DNA of 64,000 nt from Burkholderiales bacterium (GCA_038205245.1 JBBRCD010000001.1:58882-122881); one strand, 5' to 3'; counted from the first letter of the stretch, positions 50,328 through 60,786 are shown. Numbers and translations: made by a program. The notes: generated by a model not told the origin, from the letters alone.

Positions 50328-51485
50328 ATGGATACAACCCACCCGCCCGGCTCGGTCGGCGCGGTGAGCCCGCAACGAGCCACGTTCGTCGAGCCGCTTG
50401 CGCTTCGCTGCGGCCGCACGATTGCAGACTACGATCTGGTGTACGAGACCTACGGCACCCTGAACGCCGAGCGGTCGAACGCGATCCTCGTCTGCCATGC
50501 GCTGAACGCGGCGCATCATGTCGCCGGCTTCTATGCGGACGACCCGCAGAACATCGGCTGGTGGGACAACATCATCGGGCCGGGCAAGCCGGTAGACACC
50601 AACCGGTTCTTCGTGATCGGCGTCAACAACCTGGGCGGCTGCTTCGGATCGACCGGGCCGATGAGCATCGATCCGCAAACCGGGCGCCCGTATGGCGCAC
50701 GCTTTCCGCTGGTCACCGTAGAGGACTGGGTGGCTGCGCAGGCGCGCCTGGCCGATCACCTGGGTATCGTGCGCTTTGCCGCGGTGATGGGCGGCAGTCT
50801 TGGCGCGATGCAGGCGCTGTCATGGACGCGGCAGTTCCCGCAGCGGGTGCGTCACGCGATGGTGATTGCCTGCGCACCCAACCTGTCTGCGCAGAACATA
50901 GCGTTCAACGAAGTCGCCCGGCAGGCGATCCTGACCGATCCGGATTTTCACCAGGGCGACTACTACGCCTACGGCCTGACACCGGTTCGCGGGCTGCGGG
51001 TCGCGCGCATGGTCGGGCATATCACCTATCTGTCCGACGATGCGATGGCGAGCAAGTTCGGCCGGCAACTGCGCAACGGGAAGATCGGCTACAGCTTCGA
51101 TCCGGAGTTCCAGATCGAATCCTACCTTCGCCATCAGGCCGGCAAGTTCGCGGAGTACTTCGATGCGAATACCTATCTTCGCATCACCAAGGCGCTCGAC
51201 TACTTCGATCCCGGGTTCGACACCGGGGGGGATCTGTCCAAGGCGCTGGCCGCTGCACGCGCAGGCTTCCTGGTGATCTCGTTCACCACCGACTGGCGGT
51301 TCGCGCCGGAGCGGTCGCGCGAGATCGTGCAGGCGCTGCTGCGCAATCAGCTCGACGTGACCTATGGCGAGATCGACGCACCGCATGGCCATGACGCGTT
51401 TCTGCTGGACGACCCGCGCTACCACGCGCTGGTGCGCGCCTATGTCGACCGCATGCACGCAGAGCTCTCGGACATCCGGCGATGA
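50328..51485 (+). CDS. metX: Homoserine O-acyltransferase (MetX family)
   Basis: Alpha/beta-hydrolase nucleophile elbow 'GGSLGAMQA', plus 'HGHDAFLLD'. 385 aa. It is followed by metW. Confidence 0.9.
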   Translation: MDTTHPPGSVGAVSPQRATFVEPLALRCGRTIADYDLVYETYGTLNAERSNAILVCHALNAAHHVAGFYADDPQNIGWWDNIIGPGKPVDTNRFFVIGVNNLGGCFGSTGPMSIDPQTGRPYGARFPLVTVEDWVAAQARLADHLGIVRFAAVMGGSLGAMQALSWTRQFPQRVRHAMVIACAPNLSAQNIAFNEVARQAILTDPDFHQGDYYAYGLTPVRGLRVARMVGHITYLSDDAMASKFGRQLRNGKIGYSFDPEFQIESYLRHQAGKFAEYFDANTYLRITKALDYFDPGFDTGGDLSKALAAARAGFLVISFTTDWRFAPERSREIVQALLRNQLDVTYGEIDAPHGHDAFLLDDPRYHALVRAYVDRMHAELSDIRR

Positions 51486-52075
51486 AGGGGCCGCGCGCAG
51501 ACTTTGCGGTGATCGGCGGGCGGATCCGGCCAGGCGCCAAGGTGCTCGATCTGGGTTGCGGCGATGGTTCCCTGCTGCGCTATCTGCGCGAGTCGCAGAG
51601 CGTGCGTGGTTACGGCATCGAGATCGACGACGACAAGATTCCGGCCTGTGTGAAGAACGGCGTCAACGTGCTGCAGATGGACCTGGAGTCCGGGCTGTCT
51701 GGGTTCGACCCTGGCTCGTTCGACTATGTGATCCTGTCCCTGACCCTGCAGGCGATGAAGAACAGCGAACGTATCCTCGCCGAGATGCTGCGGGTCGGGC
51801 GCGAGGGCATCGTGTCGTTCCCGAACTTCGGCTACTGGCGAAACCGGATTCAGCTCGCGCAGGGCCGGATGCCGGTCAATGAAGATTTCCCGAATCACTG
51901 GTATGACACACCAAACATCCATCTGTGCACGCTGACCGATTTCGAGTCGTTCTGTGCCCAGCACGGCATCCGCATCCTGGAGCGGATCGTTCTACATGGC
52001 GGCCGCGAGGTAACCACCCTGCCCAACCTGCGCGGATCGCTGGCGGTGTACCGGTTCGGCAGCAGCGCAATCTAA
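51482..52075 (+). CDS. metW: Methionine biosynthesis protein MetW
   Basis: '[12 protein letters not shown]' SAM-MTase-like fold. 4-nt overlap with metX. Confidence 0.9.
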   Translation: MKGPRADFAVIGGRIRPGAKVLDLGCGDGSLLRYLRESQSVRGYGIEIDDDKIPACVKNGVNVLQMDLESGLSGFDPGSFDYVILSLTLQAMKNSERILAEMLRVGREGIVSFPNFGYWRNRIQLAQGRMPVNEDFPNHWYDTPNIHLCTLTDFESFCAQHGIRILERIVLHGGREVTTLPNLRGSLAVYRFGSSAI

Positions 52076-52090
52076 GGGAGTACATCGATC

Positions 52091-53095
52091 ATGGCCAAGC
52101 CTCTCGTCTATGTCATCGGCACCGGCGGCACCATTGCGTCCAGGTACGACGCCGCGTTGGGCGGCCATGTCTCGGCAGCCACGGCGGCAGACCTGGTGTC
52201 GGCGATCCCTGAACTGCTGCGCGTGGCGGACATCCGTGTGGTCGAGCACTCGAACATCAACAGCGCGTTGATGGACAGCGCGACCGCCTTCGGCCTGCGC
52301 GACACGCTGCGCCGGGTGCTCGCCGATGACGCGGTTGCCGGCGCCGTGGTTACCCATGGCACGGCGACGCTGGAAGAGACCGCCTACCTGATGGACCTCA
52401 CTGTCGGCACCGACAAGCCGATCGTGATCACCGGGGCCCAGCGAAATGCCGACGAGAAAGACGCGGATGGTCCGCGCAACCTGGTCGGCGCGGCGATGAT
52501 CGCAGCCAACCCGGCGGCCGGCGGGCGTGGTGTCATGGTCGCCCTGGGCAGCGAGATTCATGCCGCCCGCGATGTCACCAAGGTCAACCCGGAGCGCCTC
52601 ACCTGCTTCGGCGCGCGCGACGGCGGCCCGATCGGCAGCGTCACCAGCCAGGGGATCAGCTTCTTTTCCGTGCCGCAGCAGCGCCTGCATCTGGAAGTCG
52701 ACGACATCCGGTCCGACGTGCATATCATCCGCATGGTTCAGGGCTCCAGCAACCTGCTGTTCAAGGCCTGTGTCCAGGCGAAGGTCGACGGCATCGTGGT
52801 CGAGGCCACCGGCGGCGGCAACGTGAACCTGCCGTTCTACGAAGGCGTCTGCATGGCACTGCAGGCCGGCATTCCGGTCGTGGCCGGCAGCCGTCTGCCG
52901 TCCGGCGCGCCGCATCCGGGCAAAGGCTACCTCGGCTCCTGGCAGAGTCTGATCAAGCAGGGCGCGATTTCGTCCGGCTTCCTGAGCGGCATCAAGGCGC
53001 GCATCCTGCTGATGGTCGCGCTGGGCCACACTCGCGACCCGGTGCGCCTGCGCGAGATCTTCGCCCAAGCGGGCGGCGTGCCACAGCCCGACTGA
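52091..53095 (+). CDS. L-asparaginase
   Basis: 'VIGTGGTIAS' and 'VVTHGTATLEETA' motifs. Confidence 0.85.
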   Translation: MAKPLVYVIGTGGTIASRYDAALGGHVSAATAADLVSAIPELLRVADIRVVEHSNINSALMDSATAFGLRDTLRRVLADDAVAGAVVTHGTATLEETAYLMDLTVGTDKPIVITGAQRNADEKDADGPRNLVGAAMIAANPAAGGRGVMVALGSEIHAARDVTKVNPERLTCFGARDGGPIGSVTSQGISFFSVPQQRLHLEVDDIRSDVHIIRMVQGSSNLLFKACVQAKVDGIVVEATGGGNVNLPFYEGVCMALQAGIPVVAGSRLPSGAPHPGKGYLGSWQSLIKQGAISSGFLSGIKARILLMVALGHTRDPVRLREIFAQAGGVPQPD

Positions 53096-53229
53096 CGGCT
53101 ACGCGCGGCAGCACGCTGGCACGAACTGCGTCCCGAGTGTCGGGTCGTGGGTTTCGCGTAGCGGGTGCCGGGTCGCGGATTGACCGTAAGGCAAATTCGC
53201 CTTACATCTGCCCAAGTGGAGAAACGAAA

Positions 53230-53496
53230 ATGGAGCTTGGCGCCATGGCCATCTTGACTGTGACCGCTCGCGGCCAGGTAACGTTCAGAAAGGGTGTCCT
53301 GCAGCATCTGGGCATCCGGCCGGGAGACAAGATCGAGATCGACCTTCTGCCCGATAACCAGGGGCTGCTGAAGGCATCCCGGTCCACCGGAAAGATCGCG
53401 AGCTTCGTCGGTGTGCTCAACGGCAGGACGAAGAGAATTGCCACCATCGAGGAAATCAACCAGGCGGCAGTCGCGGGCTGGGCCGGCAAGCGATGA
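53230..53496 (+). CDS. AbrB/MazE/SpoVT-family antitoxin
   Basis: 'LTVTARGQVTFRKGVLQHLGIRPGDKIEI' swapped-hairpin motif. 4-nt overlap with the PIN gene. Confidence 0.7.
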   Translation: MELGAMAILTVTARGQVTFRKGVLQHLGIRPGDKIEIDLLPDNQGLLKASRSTGKIASFVGVLNGRTKRIATIEEINQAAVAGWAGKR

Positions 53497-53888
53497 AGGT
53501 CATCGTCGACACCAATGTTCTGGTGCGCGCTGCCCTCGGCGATGATCCTGCACAGGCGAAGCGCGCCGGGAGATTGCTGACCAAGGCTTAGCTTGTTGCT
53601 GTCACACGACCTTCCGCGTGCGAGTTCGTCTGGGTGCTGCTCAGGCTGTACGACCTCGAGGCCGCGGATGCTGCAGACGCCATTCGAGCCCTTCTTGCGG
53701 CGGCCAATGTGCGTGTCGGCAGACCGGCGGCAGAGGCCGGCCTGTTGACGCTGGAGGCAGGAGGAGACTTCGCCGATGGCGTGATCGCGTTCGATGGCAG
53801 CTCGCTGGGCGCGGACACGTTTGTTTCGTTCGACCGAAAAGCAGTGGCGCTGCTCACTGCACAGGGGCGTTCGGCGCCGTGGCTGTAA
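53493..53888 (+). pseudogene. vapC: PIN-domain (VapC-like) toxin interrupted by in-frame TAG at 53589-53591
   Basis: 'MKVIVDTNVLVRAAL...LLTKA*LVAVTRPSACEFVWVL...GGDFADGVIA...FVSFDRKA'. One frame throughout with a single amber codon at codon 33. Confidence 0.65.
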
Positions 53889-54135
53889 TCCGGGAAAGCG
53901 CGGGAGCAAAGCGCGGTCTGGAGGAGGCGTCGACCATGATCGGGTTCTGTCCGATCTATCCCGCCAATGCGCAGGGCGGCTTTCTGCCTGACCACATCCA
54001 GCGCAAGGCGTTCGCCAGGTGCATGGCGTCTTGACCAGCACTTGAAGCCTTCAACCGCTGCTTGACGAATGCTTTAGTGATCGCACATACTATGTGCACA
54101 CACATCGGGTGCGAGGCATTCAGGCGAGGTATGCG

Positions 54136-54363
54136 ATGAACATCACTCTCTCGGTGGACGAGCGCGTTGCAGAACAGGCTCGCAAAGCGGCCGGCGCGAT
54201 GGGCAAGAGCCTGAACCAGGCGGTCCGGGATTACTTGGAGCAGCTTGCCGGTACCCAGCAACTCGCTGCCGATCTCGACGCGTTCAAGGCCTCGGCGCTC
54301 AGCTCGCCCGGACGCCTGAACGGCTGGCAATTCGACCGGGAAGAAGCCAACCGGCGTGCGTAG
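54136..54363 (+). CDS. Type II antitoxin (RHH/VapB-like)
   Basis: 75 aa with 'MNITLSVDERVAEQARKAAGAMGKSLNQAVRDYLEQL'. It overlaps the downstream PIN gene. Confidence 0.6.
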   Translation: MNITLSVDERVAEQARKAAGAMGKSLNQAVRDYLEQLAGTQQLAADLDAFKASALSSPGRLNGWQFDREEANRRA

Positions 54364-54769
54364 TTTCCTGGACACGAATGTGCTGGTTTATGCAGACGCG
54401 ATTGACGAGCCGACGAAACAACAGCACGCGATCGAACTGATCAGCCAGCATCGGGCCGCTGGCACCGCGGTGCTGTCCACTCAGGTCCTGCAGGAGTTCG
54501 CCAACGTTGCGTTGCGCAAACTGCTGTTGCCGCCCGCCCTGGTGCGTGAGCGTCTGAACTTCTACGCGCGCTTTCATCTCGTGGCCAACGGCGCCGATCT
54601 GATCGGCGCCGCGCTTGACTTGCACGTCCTTCATCGTCTGTCGTTCTACGATGCACTGATAGTGCAAGCCGCAATCGTCAGCGGGTGCGCATGCCTGTTG
54701 ACCGAGGATCTGCAGCACGGCGGCTCGTTCGGCGGCGTGCGCATCATCAATCCGTTTCTGAGGACCTAG
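54356..54769 (+). CDS. vapC: PIN-domain toxin VapC
   Basis: 'FLDTNVLVYA', 'STQVLQEF', 'SFYDALIVQAA' and 'LLTEDLQHG' supply the acidic PIN residues. GTG start. Confidence 0.8.
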   Translation: MRSFLDTNVLVYADAIDEPTKQQHAIELISQHRAAGTAVLSTQVLQEFANVALRKLLLPPALVRERLNFYARFHLVANGADLIGAALDLHVLHRLSFYDALIVQAAIVSGCACLLTEDLQHGGSFGGVRIINPFLRT

Positions 54770-54928
54770 CACCCCGGCGCTGCTTTCACCGCGCGCAGGG
54801 TGTCCTGCGAAATGGCGCAGGCGACGCTTTTCACCACAAAGACCGCAGAAGCGGCTCGCCCATGAATGTATCGGCCTGGATGTATCGGCCTGGGCATCGA
54901 TCAACTCCGGCCATCGTAACTCCGGCCA

Positions 54929-55320
54929 TTGTTCCACCGGTGGCATCGCGCGTTCACTGCGCATCCGGGCATCTTCGGCCACTGGATGGCCGGTCGGTTG
55001 TGCACGATCGCGGTCATCTCGGACAAGCGCAGCGCGGCGCTGCCAGGTGCAGCAGGCGATGAACGAAACCGTGCCCCGCTTCGAAGGCGAATCGTGGGTG
55101 GCGCTGCTCGCCCCGGCGCGCACGCCGGGCGAGATCATCACCCGGCTGCATGCCCAGACGGTGAACATCCTGGCCCACCCGGCGCTGCGCGAGCGCCTGG
55201 CAGAACCGGGCCTGGAGGCGGTCACGAGCACACCCGCTCAAGCCGACCAGTAGATCCGCAGTCAGCTTGAGCGCTGGGGGCGGATGATCAAGGAGCGCAG
55301 GATCGTGATCGAACAGACCG
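54929..55320 (+). pseudogene. Bug/TctC C-terminal remnant (frameshifted, in-frame TAG, N-terminus missing)
   Basis: 'AGRLCTIAVISDKRSAALP' in one frame is followed by 'ETVPRFEGESWVALLAPARTPGEIITRL...PALRERLAEPGLE...ADQ*IRSQLERWGRMIKE' in another. Confidence 0.55.
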
Positions 55321-55429
55321 GTGGCCGGCCGGTGATTTCCCGCGGCTGCAACATTGCCGTGCTAGTGTATCGGTGCAAGCTGCAACTTGTTCCCCCGCCC
55401 TCGCCCGTCATCGCCCCTGGGAGACTGCC

Positions 55430-56014
55430 ATGCGTAACGTCAAATCCCTTATCGCCGCTGCCGTTCTGATCTCGTTCGCAGGTCTCGCGCAAGCCGCAAC
55501 CGTCAATGTCGTGCTGACCGGGGCGCAGGAAATTCCCCCAGTCGCCACGCAGGGGTCTGGCATCGGAACGTTCAGCCTGAATGCGAACAACACGATCTCG
55601 TTCAACATCACCTTTTCGAACTTGACAGCGCAGCCCGGCACCGGGCTGGGACTGCGCGTTGCCCATATTCATGGCTCGACGATCTTGGGAACAGGCCTGC
55701 CGGGATCGAACGCGCCGGTCCTGGTCGATATCGTCGGTGGCCTCCCACCCGCGGGTATCGTGGCGCCTCTGGCCGGTGTGTTGAGCGGCGTGATGACCGG
55801 TACCGATGTCGTCGTGTCCAACACCTTCCTGCAGGCGCTCGCGCTCGGGCAGACCTATTTCAATATCCACTCGGAGGTGTTCCCGGCTGGCGAGCTCCGT
55901 GGCCAGGTTGGCGCACTTTCCAATGCGACGGTCATCCCGTTGCCGGGCGCGGCTCTGCTCTGGCTCGGTGGACTGGCCATGATGGCTGCCGTGGCGCGCC
56001 GTCGCCGCGTTTAG
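55430..56014 (+). CDS. CHRD-domain protein with VPLPA/PEP-CTERM-type C-terminal sorting signal
   Basis: Signal peptide, 'LTGAQEIPPV...VAHIHG...YFNIHSEVFPAGELRGQV' (CHRD), and the tail 'VIPLPGAALLWLGGLAMMAAVARRRRV'. Confidence 0.8.
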   Translation: MRNVKSLIAAAVLISFAGLAQAATVNVVLTGAQEIPPVATQGSGIGTFSLNANNTISFNITFSNLTAQPGTGLGLRVAHIHGSTILGTGLPGSNAPVLVDIVGGLPPAGIVAPLAGVLSGVMTGTDVVVSNTFLQALALGQTYFNIHSEVFPAGELRGQVGALSNATVIPLPGAALLWLGGLAMMAAVARRRRV

Positions 56015-56235
56015 TCTCACCGGCAGAACCACCACGCGCTGATCACGTCGCGCCCGCGGCGCTGATGTTCAGTCAGTGCCCAACGCGCTCACGCGGGTGT
56101 GGGCTTACCAGCGATGCGGCCACAGTTCACCGATATCACGCGCCTTGTGAGGTGCAGGCGACTATCTTCGTCCGCACGATTCACGATTTCGATTGCCGTC
56201 GGTACAAGTCACGCCGCTGACGCCAATGCCCCTCG

Positions 56236-57765
56236 TCAAGACGACATCACGCTCGCCGCAGCCGCGTCCGCCGGACGCACCGGCGCCGCCTGCAACCGAC
56301 TTGCCAGCCACACCAGCACCAGCACCGGCAGTCCCAGCAGCGCCGTCGCTGTGAAGAACCACCCATAGCCGACCTGATCCACCGCCCAGCCGGAGAACCC
56401 GGCAAGAAACTTCGGCAGCAGCAGCATCACCGAGGTGAACAGCGCGTACTGGGTGGCGGAGTACGACACATTGGTGAGGCCGGACAGATAGGCGATGAAC
56501 GCCGAGGAGGCGATGCCGGCGGAAAGATTGTCTGCCGACACCACCCAGATCAGCGCGGTCACATCATGGCCGTGACCGGCGAGCCAGGCGAACAGCAGGT
56601 TGGTCAGCGCCGACAGCAGCGCACCGAGCATCAACACGCGCATCACGCCCAGGCGCATCGCCATCACGCCACCGATACCGACGCCGACCAGCGTCATGAT
56701 CAGCCCATACACCTTGGACACGGCCGCCACTTCGTCCTTGGTGAAGCCCATGTCGCGATAGAACGGATTGGCCATCACGCCCATCACCACATCCGAGATC
56801 CTGTACACCGAGATCAGCGCCAGGATCAGCGCCGCGTGCCAACGATAGCGCACGATGAAGTCGACGAATGGATTCACCGCTGCGCCATGCAGCCACGCTA
56901 GCAACCGGGCAAGCCGCACCGGCATGCGCAGCGCCAGGCGCTGCGCCATGCTGTTCTCCGCCGCGGCTTCCTCGGTGCGCGGCCGCACCGCCGGCTCGGG
57001 CGAGAGCAGCACGGTGAGCACACCGACCGACATCGACGCCGCCATCGCGAGGTAGGCCATCATCCAGGGCGTCTGCTCATAGGTCGCTTCGCTCGGATCG
57101 AAGCGGGCAGCGATCCACAGCACGCCGGCGCCGGCCCAGATCATCGCCAGCCGGTAGCCGGTCTGATAGGCCGCCGCCATCGCCGCCTGGCGCTCGACAC
57201 CGGCGGACTCGATTCGGTACGCGTCCAACGCAATATCCTGCGTCGCGGAAGCGATTGCGAGCAGCAGGGCAAACAGAATCAGCGGCTGCAGCGAACGCTG
57301 CGGATCGGACATCGCCATGCCGATCAGCGCGCACACGATCAAAGCCTGCGCGAACAGCAACCAGCTGCGCCGGCGGCCGAGCGCGCGGGTAAGCCACGGA
57401 ATCGGCAGGCGATCGACCAGCGGCGCCCACACCCACTTGAACGCATAGGCAAGCGCGACCCAGCTCAGGAATCCGATCGTGGTGCGGGCAATGCCGGCCT
57501 CGCGCAACCAGAAAGAGAGCGTGCCGAACACCAGCAACAGGGGCAAGCCGGCGGAGAAGCCGAGCAGCAGCATGCGCGCCACCGGCGGCTCGCCATAGAC
57601 CTTCGTCGCATCGACCCAACCCCGCCAGCCGGGGCGGCGGGTGTCGGCAGAACCATGGTCAGGGACTGTCCCCGAGTGCACGGCTGCGCCCTGGCTGCCG
57701 GCGCTGGCAGTGACACTGGCAGTGGAACCAGCACCGGCACTCACCGGCTCACCAGTCGAACGCAT
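56236..57765 (-). CDS. ampG: AmpG family muropeptide MFS permease
   Basis: 'LLLGFSAGLPLLLVFGTLSFWLREAG...FKWVWAPLVDR'. 509 aa. Confidence 0.85.
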   Translation of the reverse strand: MRSTGEPVSAGAGSTASVTASAGSQGAAVHSGTVPDHGSADTRRPGWRGWVDATKVYGEPPVARMLLLGFSAGLPLLLVFGTLSFWLREAGIARTTIGFLSWVALAYAFKWVWAPLVDRLPIPWLTRALGRRRSWLLFAQALIVCALIGMAMSDPQRSLQPLILFALLLAIASATQDIALDAYRIESAGVERQAAMAAAYQTGYRLAMIWAGAGVLWIAARFDPSEATYEQTPWMMAYLAMAASMSVGVLTVLLSPEPAVRPRTEEAAAENSMAQRLALRMPVRLARLLAWLHGAAVNPFVDFIVRYRWHAALILALISVYRISDVVMGVMANPFYRDMGFTKDEVAAVSKVYGLIMTLVGVGIGGVMAMRLGVMRVLMLGALLSALTNLLFAWLAGHGHDVTALIWVVSADNLSAGIASSAFIAYLSGLTNVSYSATQYALFTSVMLLLPKFLAGFSGWAVDQVGYGWFFTATALLGLPVLVLVWLASRLQAAPVRPADAAAASVMSS

Positions 57766-58525
57766 AATCGATGGTCAGCGGCGCATGATCTGAAAACCGC
57801 CGCGCCTTGTAGATCGCCGCGCGGGTCGCCGACTGCCCGACCCCCGGGGTCGCGATCTGATAGTCGATTCGCCAGCCGACGTTCTTCGCCCAGGACTCGC
57901 CCCGGTTCGACCACCAGGTGTACTGCTCCGGGCGATCGTCCAGCGAACGAAACACGTCGACCCAACCGTGCCGCTCGAATACGTCGGTGAGCCAGGCCCG
58001 CTCTTCAGGCAGGAAGCCCGAGTTCTTCTGGTTGCTGCGCCAGTTCTTCAGATCGATCGGCTGGTGCGCGATGTTCCAGTCGCCGCACAGGATGAACTCG
58101 CGCCCCTCCTCTCTCAGCCGCGCAAGCATGGGCATGAACTGGGCCATGAAGGCGAATTTGGCCTCCTGCCGATGCGGCCCGGCCGACCCCGATGGCAGGT
58201 AAATCGACACCACCGACAGTGCGCCGAAATCGCAACGAAGGAAGCGGCCCTCGCGATCGATCTCGGCAATGCCCAGGCCCTCGACCACCCGGTCGGGTTG
58301 CCGCCGGGAATAGATCCCCACGCCGCTGTAGCCGCGCTTTTCAGCGCAGTGGAAGGCGGCATGCCATCCGCGCGGGGCCCTGAGCTTCGTATCCAGATCG
58401 GCCACCTGGGCCTTGACTTCCTGCACACACACCACATCGGCGCGGCTGCGTCGCATCCAGTCGAAGAAACCCTTGGACGCGGCGGACCGGATACCGTTGA
58501 GGTTGGCGGTAGTCAGTCGGAGCAA
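57749..58525 (-). CDS. xth: Exodeoxyribonuclease III
   Basis: 'NLNGIRSA', 'VCVQEVK', 'CGDWNIAH' and 'SDHAPL' EEP-nuclease motifs. Confidence 0.9.
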   Translation of the reverse strand: MLRLTTANLNGIRSAASKGFFDWMRRSRADVVCVQEVKAQVADLDTKLRAPRGWHAAFHCAEKRGYSGVGIYSRRQPDRVVEGLGIAEIDREGRFLRCDFGALSVVSIYLPSGSAGPHRQEAKFAFMAQFMPMLARLREEGREFILCGDWNIAHQPIDLKNWRSNQKNSGFLPEERAWLTDVFERHGWVDVFRSLDDRPEQYTWWSNRGESWAKNVGWRIDYQIATPGVGQSATRAAIYKARRFSDHAPLTIDYAFDW

Positions 58526-58716
58526 GGCTGTATGCTGACGTTCAAATCAGTATCGTTGGGCATGGAAGTCGCTTTACCCGTTTCAAGGTAACCCGCTTGC
58601 GCTGAAAAAGTGTCGAAGAATCAGCAGGGTCCAACCTGGCAGTGTACTAGGACCAGACTCCGCGCGTGCCGGAATACCTTGAAACAGAACAGCTTTCTCC
58701 ACACCATCCGGATCTG

Positions 58717-59358
58717 ATGAACAGCTACCGACAACAGTTCGTGGCCTTTGCCACCGAGCGCCAGGCACTGCGCTTTGGTCACTTTGTGACAAAAGCCGGC
58801 AGAAACTCGCCTTATTTCTTCGACGCCGGCCTGTTCAGCGATGGCGCCTCACTCGGGCGCCTGACCGAACTCTATGCTTCGGCCATCCTGGAGTCGAAGA
58901 TCGGCTTCGACATGCTCTACGGCCCAGCCTACAAGGGCATCCCGCTGGTTGCTGGCGTAGCCATCGCACTGGCCGGTCGCGGCCACAACTATCCCTATGC
59001 ATTCAACCGCAAGGAACTGAAGGATCATGGCGAAGGCGGCTCGATCATCGGCGCCCCGCTCAAGGGCCGGGTGCTGATCATCGACGATGTGATCTCGGCC
59101 GGCACTTCGGTGCGTGAATCGTTGACCCATATCGCGGCGGGCGCGGCGACCGCTGCCGGCGTAGTGATCGCGCTGGACCGGATGGAGCGCGGCACAGGCG
59201 ATCTCTCGGCAGTGGAGGAAGTGCGCCGGCAGATGGGCCTGCAGGTGATCAGCATTGCCAATCTGGATGACATCGTCGAGTATCTCGGGCGCGACCCGCA
59301 GATGGCGGCGCCGCTGGCAGGTGTCGAGCAGTACCGCGCACAGTACGGGAGCCGATGA
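58717..59358 (+). CDS. pyrE: Orotate phosphoribosyltransferase
   Basis: 'FGHFVTKAGRNSPYFFD' and PRPP motif 'VLIIDDVISAGTS'. ATG at 58717. Confidence 0.9.
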   Translation: MNSYRQQFVAFATERQALRFGHFVTKAGRNSPYFFDAGLFSDGASLGRLTELYASAILESKIGFDMLYGPAYKGIPLVAGVAIALAGRGHNYPYAFNRKELKDHGEGGSIIGAPLKGRVLIIDDVISAGTSVRESLTHIAAGAATAAGVVIALDRMERGTGDLSAVEEVRRQMGLQVISIANLDDIVEYLGRDPQMAAPLAGVEQYRAQYGSR

Positions 59359-59359
59359 C

Positions 59360-60130
59360 ATGACCCGGCGACGCGCGCTGATTGGAAGCCAGATTGGAAG
59401 CCAGATCGGAAGCCAGATCGGAAGCCAGATCGGAAGGCTGATCGGAAGGCTGATCGGAAGGCTGGCTGGCAGACTGGTCATCGTCCTCGCGACTGGCCTG
59501 GGGATGTCGATCCTCGGCACCGCCCTGTTTGCGCAATCGTCGCCGCCGGCCAACCCCAGGGGCACCGGTATCATCTGCTGGAGCGACAAGAACGGCCGGC
59601 AGGTCGGCTGTGGCTACACCGTGCCGCCGGAGTACGCCAACAACCCGACACGCGAGCTCAACACCCGCGGCATCACAGTGAAGAAGAGCGAGGCCGTGCT
59701 CACGGGCGAGGCCTTGCGCGCAAAGCAGGAAGAAGACGCGAGGCGCAAGGTCGAGGAGCAGGAGCGCGCAGTCCAGCGCAAGCGCGACCTCGCCCTGCTC
59801 AATTCCTACACCAGCGAGAGCGAGATCGACTCCAGGCGCGATCGCGACCTGCAGCAACTCGACCTCACCATCGGTGGTTTACAGACCTCGCTCAAGCAGC
59901 AGCGGGCAACCGAGGCCGAACTGCGGCGCCGCATGGACACCTTTGCCAAGAACGGGAAGCCACCTCCGGAGAACCTCACCGAGGACATGAGCCGGGCGGC
60001 CAATGACGTGACCGCGACCGAGCGACTGATCTCGCAGAAGCGCAATGAGCAGGAGGGGGTACGCGTGAAGTACAACGAACTTCGCACCCGCTTCGCAGAC
60101 TTGACCCGGCGGGAGACAACAGTCAAGTGA
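59360..60130 (+). CDS. DUF4124-like secreted coiled-coil protein with repeat-expanded N-terminus
   Basis: 'IICWSDKNGRQVGCGYTVPPEY' is DUF4124-like, followed by a long charged helical tail. The N-terminus contains (IGSQ)4(IGRL)3. Confidence 0.7.
   Translation: MTRRRALIGSQIGSQIGSQIGSQIGRLIGRLIGRLAGRLVIVLATGLGMSILGTALFAQSSPPANPRGTGIICWSDKNGRQVGCGYTVPPEYANNPTRELNTRGITVKKSEAVLTGEALRAKQEEDARRKVEEQERAVQRKRDLALLNSYTSESEIDSRRDRDLQQLDLTIGGLQTSLKQQRATEAELRRRMDTFAKNGKPPPENLTEDMSRAANDVTATERLISQKRNEQEGVRVKYNELRTRFADLTRRETTVK
59381..59476 (+). repeat. In-frame 12-bp tandem repeat x8 inside the DUF4124 gene
   Basis: attggaagccag x2, atcggaagccag x2, atcggaaggctg x3, gctggcagactg x1, read directly. Confidence 0.9.
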
Positions 60131-60322
60131 ATTGGCCCGGGTACGTCTGCCCTGTGCCGAAGACCCGGGCGGCCGTCAGTGCCACTCGACTGCCATCGCC
60201 CCGGATGGCGGCCTCACGAATCAGCCGTCCGTAGAAGTCGAAGTCGAAGTCGGCGCGCTACGTTGGGGCGATCGCGACAACGTTCGCAACCCTGCAGCAC
60301 GCCCCTTCGATCGGGAATGCCA

Positions 60323-60763
60323 TTACTTGCCGCGCTTCTTCAACCAGTCGCGCATCCAGGCGATCTCGCCTTCCTGCGCCTTGATCACCTCTTCGGCGAG
60401 CTTGCGCACTTCCGCATCCTTGCCGTGCTTGAGTACCACCCGCGCCATGTCGATGGCGCCCTGATGATGCGGGATCATGCCGCGCACGAAGTCCACATCT
60501 GCGTCACCGCTGAACTTGATCGACATGTCCCGATGCATCCGCTCATTGGCCGCCATGTAGCCCCGGGTAGAGGCACTGAGATCAGCCTTGGCGTTGGACT
60601 TGGCCGGTGCCGCACCGTGCGTGCCATGCGCGTCATGGGACTGGGCGAACGCGCCCGGACCCGTCAGCGCAATGAGCACCGCCAGCGCCAGCGCAGGCAG
60701 TGCGCCCGCCAGGGCGCCGCGGGAACGGGACGGGAAAACGCAAACAGACAGGGTCTTGTTCAT
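60323..60763 (-). CDS. DUF305 family periplasmic (metal-related) protein
   Basis: '[16 protein letters not shown]' and '[24 protein letters not shown]'. GGAGA lies 6 nt upstream of the ATG at 60763. Confidence 0.8.
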   Translation of the reverse strand: MNKTLSVCVFPSRSRGALAGALPALALAVLIALTGPGAFAQSHDAHGTHGAAPAKSNAKADLSASTRGYMAANERMHRDMSIKFSGDADVDFVRGMIPHHQGAIDMARVVLKHGKDAEVRKLAEEVIKAQEGEIAWMRDWLKKRGK

Positions 60764-60786
60764 GGTCATCTCCTTGGTTGGAAACA

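Noticed and set aside
53177-53196. Hairpin GTAAGGC-aaattc-GCCTTAC upstream of the AbrB antitoxin
   Set aside because: It has a 7-bp stem and no T-tract, so it could be an operator or nothing. Insufficient evidence to annotate.
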